Below, in pieces: positions 38,299 to 51,776 of a stretch of 64,000 nt of DNA. The DNA is from Piromyces finnis finn (taxonomy: Eukaryota > Fungi > Neocallimastigomycota). Location of the stretch: NCBI GenBank assembly GCA_002104945.1, contig MCFH01000002.1, positions 248,001 through 312,000 of the forward strand. Reading direction: 5' to 3'. The translations under genes and the position numbers were made by a program. The notes under the pieces were generated by a model, which saw nothing but the letters and a program-made list of their open reading frames with translations, ran no database searches and had not been told where the DNA came from. Every line of letters starts with the position of its first letter. The first letter of the stretch is position 1.

Positions 38299-40117
38299 AT
38301 GTCTATAAAAATTGGTTTAGAACGTTCTATTGAATTATTAAAATTAATTGGAAATCCTCAAAATACTTTTAAAATTATTCATGTGGGAGGTACCAATGGT
38401 AAAGGTTCTATCTCTTCCTTTATTGGTTCCATGTTGAATTCTTGTTCACTTAAAGTAGGAAGATATAATTCCCCACATTTTATTCATGAGTATGATTCTA
38501 TTCGTATTTTTGAAAAGACTGTATCTAAAACATGTTATGATAATGCCAGAAAAATTGTTGAACAAGCAAATAATTCTCATAATTTAAAAGCAAGTCAATT
38601 TGAACTTTTAACCGCAACAGCATTTTTATGTTTTTCTATGGAAAAAGTAGATGTCGCTATTATAGAAGTAGGACTTGGTGGTCGTTTAGATGCTACTAAT
38701 GTCTGTTCTAATTCACTTGCTAGTGTTTTTTCTTCTATTGGTATTGATCATCAAGCATTTCTTGGTAATACAGTAGAAGAAATTGCATCTGAAAAATCAG
38801 GAATTATAAAAGATAATGTTCCAGTTATCATTGCACCACAAACCTACAACAGTGCTAAAGAAATTTTATGTAATGAAGCAAAAGAACATAAATCACCTTG
38901 TTATTTAGTTTCAGCCTCCAGAAAACACCCAACAAAACCAAATTGGGCTATTAATACATTTTTTGGCCAAGATTTTGAATATCCATTACCACTTCAAGGT
39001 GGTTTCCAACTTGACAATTCAGCTGTTGCTGTTAAAACTGTAGAAGTCGTCATAAAACAACTTATTGAGCAAAAAATAAATCCATTCTCTTCAATAACAT
39101 CTTATCATGATAATAAACAAGCTATTGATGGTAAATTTTATTATTATTGTTATTTTAATAGGTTGGAGATAAAAAATATTTCTTTTTTTTTTTTTTTTTT
39201 GGAAATCTATATATCTTTTATATATAGTGGTTTAAATGAAATCAACTAATCAACTAAATATTTCTATACAAAAAAAAAAAAAAAAAAAAAAACATTAATT
39301 GATAAATTTATTAAAACATAATAATATTTAGGATATTTAGTGAATACTAATGATTAACATACTTTTTCTTCTCTATTATTATATTTATTATAATTGTTGG
39401 AAAAATTTAAATAAAAAAAAAGAAAAACTTATTAAAGGTTTATCAGAAGTAAAATGGCCTGGTAGATTAGAATGGCTAGTTCATCCTAAATGTGGTAAAG
39501 TTCTTTTAGATGGAGCACATAATACAGATTGTGCCATTGCCCTTAGAAGATATATTGATGAATATTTAGAAAAACAATCCAAAATTGATAATTATTCAAC
39601 ACCAATTCAATGGGTTTTCGGTATGACTCAAGGAAAAGATTTAGATAAAGTTTTAGATATTTTAGTTTCACCTGAAGATTCAGTATTTGCTGTTCCATTC
39701 CGTCAACCTGAACAAATGACTTGGATTCATTGTACTCCACCTATTGACATTAAAAACTTTATGATAAATAAGTATCAACAACAATTTAATGAAGCTGAAT
39801 TAAATGTAAGTTTGAACGATTTATTATTACACATATATATATTTTCATAATCGACAAGTTATACATTAATGAATTTTGAATTTTTTTTTTTTTTTATAAT
39901 AGCTTAATTTATATTAATACATTTTTTATTTTTATGTATATATTAATTATTATAGGAAAAGTTTAGAGCCTTTGATAATGCTATGGATGCTTTTGAAGAA
40001 TTAAAAAATGTTAGAGAAAAACGTATGAAGATAAATAATACTGAACCATTAGTAGTTATATGTGGTTCCTTATATCTTGTAGCTGATATCTATCAATCCT
40101 TACTCCTTTTCTATTAA
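38299..40117 (+). CDS. FOL3: Dihydrofolate synthase / folylpolyglutamate synthase (FolC family), 3 exons
   Basis: IIHVGGTNGKGS (P-loop), GRYNSPH, SQFELLTATAF, IIEVGLGGRLDATNV, IGIDHQAFLGNTVEEIASEKSGI, KWPGRLE, LLDGAHN, VICGSLYLVAD. DHFS versus FPGS is not resolvable by eye; the short length favours Fol3. Confidence 0.85.
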
Positions 40118-41800
40118 TTTTTCATTATATTTTTAAAACATTTAATAAATTATAAATAAATTAAAAAAACAATGACATTATTTCAATGCACACACACACA
40201 CACAAACACATCACATACACATTCTCTCTTTCTCTCTTTTGCTCGCATTATTTTTTTTTTTTTTATTTCATTATTTTGGGTATTAGCTTTTTCGTGTAAA
40301 TTTTAAAAGTCATGAATAATACAGTAATCTAATATTTATAAATTAATTTTAATTATTATTAAGGTTTTAAGCTATAATTTAAATACTAAATTTGAACATT
40401 TAAAAGCTGCGCTAATATATATATATATATATATATTAATAATTATCATCCAGTGTTAGACATTATGTATTTAAATTTAATTATTATTTATTAACATAGT
40501 AATGCAGGTTTTTGTTATTTGTATAAAGTATATGTATCCCCTTTTTTTTTTTTATTTTAAATAATTGTAGTTATTTCTATATTATTGTTATATAAAAAAG
40601 GTTTTGAACTTTTGAGTATTAATTACTATATGTTTATTGTTAATGTTAAATATGCAAAGTTATATTAATTAATATCAATTATTAATTTTTTATTATTATA
40701 TTATAACAAATAATTAACTAAACTTGCAAATTCATAAGAAAATGGAAATGATTTATTGTAATATAAAATAAAATCATTATCTTTCTCAAAAATTACTATT
40801 GATGATAATCTGATGATAAAAAAGTATCCTACAACAATATTGGAATGATATGATACAAATTTATTCGTTATTTAAATAAATGAAAAACAAGTAATAAATA
40901 TACGAAAATATATTTCCTATATAAAATAAAAAATTAAATATTTATAGTTCCATTACAAGGCATGAGCAATTACTTTGAGATGGTCATTTAACAATTAAGA
41001 GACAAAAAAAACAATTAATAAAAAATTATTATATATATTCAAATAAATTTATATAAGCAATCCGTAAAAAAAAAGGAACTAAACAAACCGGCCGTGCCAG
41101 TAATAATAACAACTAAAAAACAAAAGGTTTAAAAACTAATATAAATCTTTTCATTTTAATGGTTTGGTAACAGCTACACCACACTAACCCATCAAATTAA
41201 CTTTTTGTTTTTTTAATATAAAATTAATTAATAAAAATAAATTTTCTATTGATACTTAATAAAATATGATCAATAGGTTGATATCACGTGTATTGTAATT
41301 GCCAATATATTAAAGTCGAAAAGTATATTTATTATATTAAATAAAATATATTAATAAACTAAATTATTAATATATTGAAATTCGTTGAAATATAAATAGG
41401 ATTTGAAAAGTTTAAAAAGTAAAAAATGGAAAAAAGCATTTTCTAAATTTCATTATTTCATATTTCATAATATTAAAAAATAAATTATCACATTATTAAA
41501 CATTATTCAATGGTAGGAACAAATAATTTAATAGGATAATACGAATAAAAATACTATTAATTATTATTAAGTATTTTTTTTTTTAAAAAATTTTTTTTCT
41601 TTAAAAAGAAAAAAAAAAACATTAATCGAAGAAATTATAAAAAATCAACATACACAACATACATATATATTAATATTTAAAACAACATATATATATCCAT
41701 ATAAAGTTATATTGACAAATATTATTATCAACTTTTTATTCTCATATTTTATATTATATTGATTTAATACAACTATTTAAAGTTAAAAAAAATATTAAAA

Positions 41801-42407
41801 ATGAATAATATTCACCTTACTTTTTACGATATTTTTTTAATAATTATTTCAGTATGTTTCCCACCACTTGGTGTATTTTTTAAACGTGGATGTGGAACAG
41901 ATTTTTGTATTAATCTTATTTTAACTGTACTTTTATATGCCGTTGGTAATTTTTATCACTATTAATTTTAATTTATATAAAAAATAAAAATTTCTAATAA
42001 GAAGAGAAATAGTTGTAATTAAAACAAAATTTATTTATATTTACCTTATAAAAATAAAAAACAATTTAATATCATTAGGTGTAATTCATGCCATTTACAT
42101 CATTGTTAAACCAAAAGATGAATACACTCAATTAAATGATACTACTGGTGAATCAAACAATAATGTTACCAACATTCCAGAAAATGCTATTGTTGTAATT
42201 CTTCCAGGAGCTAATGTTCAAACTAATGTTAATACTATTCCAACTAATTTACCACCACCATCTTATGCTGAAAGTGAGCAAATTGCAAAAAATCAAAAGG
42301 AATTCCTTTATCCAGAATTACCTTCTTATGAAGCTTCATCATCTAAGGAACCAATCAATGAACCAACTAAGGAACCAACTAAGGAATCAACTGATGAAAA
42401 GCATTAA
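41801..42407 (+). CDS. Pmp3/SNA-family (UPF0057) proteolipid with an extended acidic C-terminal tail, 2 exons
   Basis: MNNIHLTFYDIFLIIISVCFPPLGVFFKRGCGTDFCINLILTVLLYAV|GVIHAIYIIV is the Pmp3 pattern (PPLGV..RGC..DF.IN..LT.L...GVIHA). The tail contains PPPSY and LPSY. Confidence 0.88.
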
Positions 42408-43167
42408 ATTAAAAAATGTGTAAAATAAATTGTTAAAAAAAAAAAAAAGTCAAAAAAGGTGAAAAATTAAAATATCAAAAACAAATTTCGTTACAAAAAA
42501 GGAAAAAAAAATATTAATAAATATATAAATAATTTCAAAAAATTAAATAAAAATATTGTTGAATGATACAAAAGATTATATAAATATTCTCAAATATAAT
42601 ATTATTATTATTTTTGGATTATATATTTTAATAAAAAGTTTATATTATATCTACAATCTACAATATATATATATATCATTGGATATAGATGATATAAAAA
42701 TTATATAAAATATCATATATCATAATTTATATTTTTTAAATTTTGATTCTTGTAATAATACTTAAAGTTTTTTTATTTTAAAATTTCTTTTTTAAAATTT
42801 ATCTTTTTGGGTTATGAAATTATTAAGACATAAAAAAAGATTAATTCTAGTTGCTTCGAAATTATAACAGTGTACCCAAAGAAATACCATACAATAGTTT
42901 ACGTATTATTTTGTTTGTTTGACTGTATCTTTTTTTTTTTTTTTTTTTTTTTTGGTATTAAATGAGAATATCAATATATCGAACTCTTCTTTTTTTTTTT
43001 TTAATTTACTTTGTTAATATTCATTTAATATTTGATTTTTTTTATATATAAAATTTTCCAAGAATTATTTATAAAAATGATTTTAATTTATTTAATAATT
43101 TTTTGACAAAAAAAAAAATTTTTTTTTTTTTCAAACTTTATACAAGAGCAAAGTTTTGTAAAAGAAA

Positions 43168-44013
43168 ATGAATTTATTTAATTCAAAGGATGAAATGATT
43201 TTTCAAGTTGATGCTAATTCAGATAAGGAATTTGATTCAGATAGTGATTCAGAGGATATATATGAAAATTTTGACCCAGAATCAGTAGAATGGTATGATC
43301 CTGATGAAGATGACAAAAATGAATATTGGATAAGAAAAAAAACTCATACTATTAAAGGTAGTATATTACTATGTAATAAAAACAATTATAATATATATTA
43401 TATAATTAATAATTTTTTAATTCTTTCATTTAATTAGGAAAAGATGGAAAATTAAAAAAGAATTCAGATGCAATATTAACTTGTCCATTATGTTTTACAT
43501 ATCTTTGTTTTGATTGTCAAAGGTATTAATATTAATATATAAAATAATATATATTTTATTTATTAGCAATTAAAATATATCTATTTTTATTATTTCTTTT
43601 ATATATATACATATATATATAAAAACTAAATAATAATAATAATAAAAAAAAAAACCTTTTATAAAAAAAAATAAAAAAATCCAATGAATTTCTAATTTTT
43701 ATAAAATAGACATGAAATTTATCATAATCAGTACAGAACAATGTTTGTAAGAAATTGTATTGTTAATAGAAATGAAAGATACAGAATACCAGAGGAAAAC
43801 AATAAAAAAAACAAAGCTAAAAATAAAAACAAAAACAAAAACAATAACAATAATACAAATGAGGAAATTTTAAAAACCGAAGAATCAAACATTAATAATG
43901 ATAGCCAAGATTATTATTATCCAGTACTTTGTAAATATTGTCAAACTCAAGTTGGTTTATTAGACCAAAATGAAATCTATCATCTTTTCAATGTTATTCC
44001 AACAGATTTTTAA
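43168..44013 (+). CDS. EAPP: E2F-associated phosphoprotein (EAPP)-like protein, 3 exons
   Basis: Acidic N-terminus, WYDPDEDDKNEYWI, then SDAILTCPLCFTYLCFDCQR|HEIYHNQYRTMFVRNC...YYPVLCKYCQTQVGLLDQNEIYHLFNVIP. Confidence 0.85.
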
Positions 44014-45486
44014 TGAAAACATTAATTAGAAAATTAATTTAATACTTTTACTCATTGAAATTTATATAATTTCGCATTATTCTTTTTGATAAAAATATAA
44101 AGAATTATACCAATTTATTTTTAATCTATTTAACAAAAGAGATAACAATAAAGATCTTAATAAACTATTTAAATTAGAAGCGAAACATTTTTTTTTTAAA
44201 AAAAATTTTAATAAAAGGAAAAAAAAGGTTTTTTTTTTTTTTTTTTTTTTTAATTCTCTTACTCTTATTGTATTATTATTATCTTAAATAATAGTAATTT
44301 AAATATAAAATATAGATTTATATTCATAATGTATATATCTTTTCATTATTACACTTTTAGTTATTATTGTATTTAATTTTTATTATTATGCTGTTTTTTT
44401 TTTTTTTTTTTTATTATCTACCCAAAGTTTTAACAATAATTTTTATATTATTATCAAGAGAGTTGAGAATACCTATAAATATTTGATTTTCATAATAATA
44501 AAATGTTCTAAAAAGACAATTGTCTATAATACAATTTCAATAGTGTAACAGTATAATATAGTTTAAAAGGACTCCAAAAGGAATAATTTTTTTTTAAAAG
44601 TATCCATAACATTTTTCTTAAACCTATAACTACAATATCGCTGCTGCTTAGGTTTTTAGTTTTATAAATACAAATTACAATAGTTTATTTTTTGTACAAT
44701 TTTAAATATTTACTTTTGTATTATCTTTTCTATTATTTTATTTAATAAATTCCTTTTTTAATTAAATTTAAATTTTATTTAATTAAAAAAATAAACATGA
44801 TGAATTAATATAATATACTAAAAGTATACATTAATATATGTACTGAAATAGTACTGAATAATATTATAAATTTCGAAAGGAAAATAAATTTAAAAAAAAA
44901 GTTTACATTTTTCAATATATAAAAATTAATTTATATATTGTAATATATGATAAAGTATATTATAATTTAAATTTATATTTAATTTGATTTCTATTTAGAA
45001 ACAAATCTACTTTTTTTTTTTTTACCTAAACTATTCCTGTAGTATAAAAGTTAATTAAATATTAATTTTGTATAAAATAAGTCAAATTAAAAAAAATAAT
45101 AATTAATTAATATATTATTATTTATAATTGATAATATACTATAACAATATAAAAAATTTAATTGATACTCTAAATCATAAAAAAAAGAAAAATACACACA
45201 CAAAAAAAAAAGAATTAGTTTCAGTTATATAATGTTAATGTGCTTTTCAAGTATAGATCTTTTTAAACTATTTAATTAAACCAATTTAATATATTATTAC
45301 ATTAAAAGCTGATATTATTATTATACCTAAAATACTAAAAGGAAGTAAAAATAAAATAATTCAAAATGCTAAAATCACCTCTTAAAAATTTATTTAATAA
45401 ATATATTAGTCATATAAAATTTCATTATAAAATTTAATTAAAATAGATATTAAAGTTTAAAATAATTGAAACAAGTTACAATTTTC

Positions 45487-45487
<1 letters not shown>

Positions 45488-45545
<58 letters not shown>

Positions 45546-45572
45546 ATTATTATTATTATTATTATTATTATT
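45488..45572. repeat. (TAA)n immediately followed by (TAT)n, forming an inverted microsatellite
   Basis: About 18 TAA units, a C, then about 9 TAT units; the arms are reverse-complementary. Confidence 0.85.
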
Positions 45573-47810
45573 AAATCATTATCATCATCAATAATAAAGT
45601 TAGATTTAAAAAGAAAACATTTAATCTTTATACAAGTTTTATTGAAAATATTAAAAGTTTAATTAATACTATTTTAATTTATTTCATTTTCTATTATAAC
45701 AAATAATTCTAAACTTTTACTTTATATACATAAAATACCTGTTGTATTTTTTTAATTAATTTTATTAATTAAAAATTATTTTGATTAAAATATATAATTG
45801 ATTTTTTTTTTACTTTTTTTTTTTCTTTTTTTTTTTTTTTTTTATTTTTCTTTTCACAAGATATAATATAATTTTTACATTAAAAACTAAATATAAAAAA
45901 AACAGTCATTGTTTTTCTTATATATATCTTATTTATATATTATTATTAAATAGAGATATGCTTTTTTATTCTTTGATAAAGATATATCAATGAATTTAAT
46001 TGTTATATAAAGAAAAACTGTTATTATAGAAAAAAAAAGCATTATCGAGAGAATAAAAAAATATAATATATATCTTTTTTTTTATTTTATTTTATTAGTA
46101 AGACAAGAAAAATAAATAAAAAAGCAAGATTTATTATATAAAATAATAATATTAAAAGAAAAATTAAAGAATTACAAGGATTTACAAAATGTAAATATAA
46201 ATATTATTTTTTTTTATTTGTTAATATACTAATAAAACCTTTATTAGAGTAATTTAATAAAAAGTAAAAACTATATATTAATTTTTATATTTATTTTTTA
46301 AAAAAATCAAATTATTTTTCATATATAATTACTTCATTTTTAAAATAGTTAAACCTATTATTAAAGGGATATCTTATTTAACATATAATTCTTTTTTTTT
46401 TTTATTATTTTTTTAAAAAAAAGTAACTTTAAAAAAACAAGAATTATTTTATTTAATTATTTAAATTTAAATACTAAAAAGCATTTTTATTAAGTTAAAA
46501 TAAAAATAACCTGTAAATACATTTATAATAATACAAAAATATTTTTGGATTTTCTAGAATTAATAAAGGTATGTTTTAAATATTACATTATCATATAAAC
46601 TATATAATTATATAATATTGATGGAGTATATAGATTGTTTAGAAATATTAAAAAAAAGAAAAGTGAGTGGATATATGAAATAATGTTATTAATAATAGTA
46701 AAAAAGTTTGAAATTTGAACGATCTTTACCTTTTAACAAAAATAACAAAAAAATCTTATCTTTAGTATAAACCATATTTGGGTATATTAAATTTTTAAAA
46801 AAATCAATAAGTAGTTTAAATAATATATTATTAATATACTCTATGGAAAATTATTTGTGTTCCTATTCTTTAAAAAAGCTTATATTAATATAATAATAAT
46901 AATTTATCAATATATTGTACAACATATATAATAATATATTACAATATAAGAAATTTTTAAATAAAAATTGTAAATAAGCAAACAATATCAAAAGCGTCAA
47001 AAAGTCAAAAAGCAGCAAAAATTTTTTTCTTTTGCAAAAAAAAAACTACACTTTTTTTGTATAATAGAAATAAATTTTATAATAAACAAAATAATACTTT
47101 AATATTATAAAAACGTCGATTTTTATAATATTATCTAATAAAAATTATATAGTTAAAGACAAATTGTCATATTTTTCTTATAGTGTAAATTAATTAAAAT
47201 ATTAATAGAATAGAATTTTGATTTATTATTAATTTTAAAAAAAAGAATCTGTAGTATTTCTTTTTTTTTTTTTAGACAATAATAAATTCATAATAGAATA
47301 AATATACAATATACATATTATAAATATTCCTATCACTCAATTAAATAAATATATTAATAACATAATATAATTATCAAAAGAAGTATCAACTTTTTTTTAT
47401 AACAAACAAACAAAAAAACTATATATCATTTGATAAACTATATTATACCCAAATTTATAAATACATCATATAATATAATTAAGGTGAATAAAAACTAGAA
47501 TAATAATAATAATAATATTTAAATATTGTTTATTAAATTTTAAGTAAATTTTAAAAATTCAATTAAAAAATAAATCATCATTAAAGAAAAAATAATAATT
47601 TGTGTAACGATTATAAATAGCTTAAAAAAATATATGTTAAAATAAATAAATATAATTTAATGGAAGTTGATATTTTATAGAATAGTAAAAATAATTATTC
47701 ATTTATCTCTTTTTTTTTCCAATTGAAAATTTGTTAATAATTAATAAATAACATATATTATTATTATTTTAAATTATTATTATAATATCTTTAGACTTTA
47801 ATAAAACATA

Positions 47811-50570
47811 ATGTTTGCTACAAATAATCAAAATCAAAATGACAATATGTCATACTATAATGGTTTAAATAAGCCTCATTGGTTAAATCAAACTTTAAAA
47901 GGTAAAAAGAAAATTAAATAATTACAGAAGCATTTTATATATGTTTACCAATTTTTAAGAGAAATTATTTATTAATTGGTATTTTTAATTCTAATGATTT
48001 TTTTTTTTTTATTAAAAAAGACGATGAAGAAAATGGTCAAGATATTCCATATGGATTACCAAACACTGATAATTGGAAGGCTGTTGGAAGTCCACCAAGA
48101 AGAATGTCAATTTCTGGTTTACAACAACAAATGATTGATGATAAAGTAAACAATAAAACAGGATTATTAGGCATTGATGATCTTTCTGAAGTTAAAAGAA
48201 GAAGCAGAGCAGCTTCAACCCCTGTTCCTCCAATGGGATTAAATAATGATTTATTTTCATACCAATTTAATGCAGCTACTATGTCACCAATTTCTTTAGC
48301 TGACTCTAAGACAGAGGATTCAACTGAAAATTATTATGGCATTCGTCAAGCTCAACAATGTCAACAATGGAATGAAAGAAACTGGTCTCCATCTCAAACT
48401 AATCCAAATTCTTTATGGAACCAAGAAATGTCATTAAAATCTAATGCTAATAGTATTACTGAAGAAGATCATACTGAGTTGAGTGAAAAAACTGGCTCCT
48501 ATGCTGTTAATAATAATAGTCATTTATCTACTCCACCATTAGTTACTTTAACTACAGCTGATGCTGCTGCTTCTACTATGACTTCAACCGTTGATTTATC
48601 TTCATTACCATCCACTCCAGAAAATCAAATTACTGGAGAAAAAAATGAACCCAAAAATAGTGATGCTGATGGTAGTGAAAAGGAAGCCACTTTATCAAAG
48701 CAAAAACCAGCTGTTGGAAAGATTAGAATCAATACTAATTTAAACCGTGTTGGTAAATTAGAAATGCCAGAGAATAAGGAAGTTCAAGGAAGACACAGAA
48801 GTTCCTCAATTTCTGTTGGAGCATTCAGTGCTCAACAATTCCAACCATCTATTCCTGAAGCTGATGAAGAACAGACAAACAAGCAAGATATATCCTCTTT
48901 CTTAAAGCCAAATAATGTAGAAATGTCCCCATTGAACTTTGGAAGAAGTAACCTTCAACAAAATGCCTTCCTTTCTTCCTTAAATTATGAAGTTCCAAAG
49001 TCAAGAACTCGTTCCAAGTCATCTTCTGAAATTTATGGTAAATTTGCTGAACAAAATCTTTCTAATTTATTGAATAGTGGTCTTGACATCAATGGAATTA
49101 ATAATTATGTTAATGCTTTAGGCGGTATAAATAGCCCTCTTTGGCGTAATAATAATTATAACTTATTACAAGCATTAATGGCAAATTCTCGTAATGGACC
49201 AGCCTCAGCTTCTTTAGTTAATAATATGGCTCAAATGTCTTCTTTAATGGGTAATGATTTATCTAATCTTCATCGTAGATCATCTACTCAGCCAGCTTAT
49301 TCTAATTTTTGGGGCACAACTGGTATTCCAAATGGTACCATTGATGCCAGTGCAAAAAATCCAACATCCCCACTTTCACCAACCATGCCAACAGCATCCT
49401 CTGTCATTACATCACCAATTATATCACCAAACCATGTATCCATGAATAGTAATGGTGGTATTTTGTCTCCACAATTAGGTTATTACCAAAGTACTACTGT
49501 TGCTCCAAATCTTTCCTTAGCTTCACCAACTTCTCAAAGTGCAGGATTGGGTTTTAATCGCTATGGTATCAGTGAAGATGCATTAAAGAACGAAGAAAGT
49601 ATGAGAAGAAATTCACTCACTGGTTCTTTATATGCTTCATTAATGAATGCCAATGGCGGTAACATGAATAGTGCCGGTAATAATAATACCGCAAATGGCG
49701 GTGAAGCTTCTTCTAATGATGAAGTTAAGAAGGCTCTTTCCAACCAAGGTTCCGATTATGTTAACGAAATAGATGATTACTTTGAAAACACTGAACATCG
49801 TACTCGTGCCTGGGTTGAAGCTGGTAAAAATTTACAAAACCAACAGTCTTCTCAACACTGGCCTTTATATATTGTAGAATTCAAGGCTGGTAGAACTGAT
49901 TACTTTTATATTTCTGAAAAGAGTGGTTTGGTTGTAAAGGTTAACGATTTAGTTATTGTTGAAGCTGATAGAGGAAAAGATTTGGGTAAAGTTGTAGCTA
50001 GTAATATTACTAGTTATCAACAAATTCAAGCTTATCAAGCACAACATACAGAGGAAGGAATGGAAATTCAAAAAGATATACAAATTCATCCAAAACGTAT
50101 TTATAGACTTGCACAAAAGGCTGAAATTGATATGTTAATTTCTAAATGTCAAGATGAAGTTAAGGCGAAGAACTTATGTCAAACTAAGGTTCGTCAAAAG
50201 AAACTTCCAATGGAAATAGTTGATGCAGAATTCCAATGGTAATTTAAAAATAGATATCTTTTTTTTTTTTTTTTTTTTTACATCAATAACATTTGTAATG
50301 AATCCAATAAATTTTAGCGAATCATTATTAAATAGATATTTTTATTCCATAAATATAAAATAGGGATAGAAAGAAGTTAACTTTTTATTTCGTTTCCGAT
50401 AGACGCATTGATTTCCGTGAATTAGTTCGTGAATTGTTTAAAATATATAAGACAAGAATTTGGTAAGTATTATAATAATTTATTATAGGTCATTGACCCA
50501 TAAGAGTATTAATTATATTTATAATTTCAAATTAAATAGGATGTGTGCTGTCTCTTCTATTCCAAATTAA
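47811..50570 (+). CDS. PSP1 C-terminal domain protein with a long low-complexity N-terminus, 4 exons
   Basis: [15 protein letters not shown]...[21 protein letters not shown]...KRIYRLA...[12 protein letters not shown]|[33 protein letters not shown]|MCAV matches the PSP1 domain consensus. Confidence 0.9.
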
Positions 50571-50622
50571 ATATACAGTTTATAATAATGAAATCTATTA
50601 TAAACAATTACAATAAATAAAA

Positions 50623-50662
<40 letters not shown>

Positions 50663-51763
50663 AAAAGAATGATGAATTAATAATTTAATATCAAATAATA
50701 ACATTCACAAAAAATTTTTTTCAATTTAAAGAAAATTAACAAAATTGTATAAATAATCATTTTATATATATCTATACAAAGGAGTATAAATAATATAATA
50801 TAACAGTAATTAACACATATATAAAATATACATAATAAAGAATTTTTTTTTCGATTTTATATCAGCATTCACTATAACCTTAAAAAAGAAAAGGAAATAA
50901 AAAAATTCTTTATGTCAGTAAAGCGTCAGTTTAAGAAGAAAATAATAAAATATATAAAAAAAAAGAATATAATATAATAATATAATAGTATTAATGATAG
51001 AAAGTACTATTATATACAATTTTATATATATATATATAAATATAAATATAAAGAAATTAAAAACAAACAACAAAAATTATTGTAAAGTACATACAAATTT
51101 TAATATACTTTTATAAATATATAGCTATTATAATAAGATTAGAATATAGAACTAATTATAAAAAATTATCAAATTTTTATTTTTTTAATTTTAATTTATT
51201 TTTATTTTTTATTTTTTATTTTTTTTTTTTTAGTATTTTTTTTTATTTTTTTTTTTTTTTTTATTTTATTATTTATTTATATTATTTTTATAATATTTAT
51301 AACATAAAAATGGAAAAAAAAAAAAAGAAAAGGAAAAAAAAAAAAAAGAAAAAAAGAAAGAAAAAATTATAAAATAAAAAAAAAAAAACATTCAAAAAAT
51401 TATAATAAAATATATATAATATTTTAAGATTTACCTAATAAATATATATATAATTATTATATTAATAATAGTAATATATCCAAATATATATATATTTTTT
51501 TTTTCAAAAGAAAAAATTTTTGTACAAAAGTAATAAAAAAAAATTGAACCATTTTATAAACATAAAAAAATATCAAAAAAAAAAAAAGTGTTTAAATATA
51601 TTTAGGTGTATTTTTTTTAATCGACTAGGTATTAATATTGTAAGGCGAATGATAGTTTAGTCGTTCGTAAAAGTTATTCAGGGTTATTAGAAATTTAGGT
51701 ACAACAGTTTAAGAATAATTTCATTTTTTTAATTGAAAAATATTGTTAAATCATTGGGGCCTC

Positions 51764-51776
51764 AGGGCAATTTGGT
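51764..51776 (+). repeat. Left target-site duplication of the full-length LINE (AGGGCAATTTGGT)
   Basis: An identical 13-mer occurs at 57551-57563, directly after the poly(A) tail. Confidence 0.92.
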
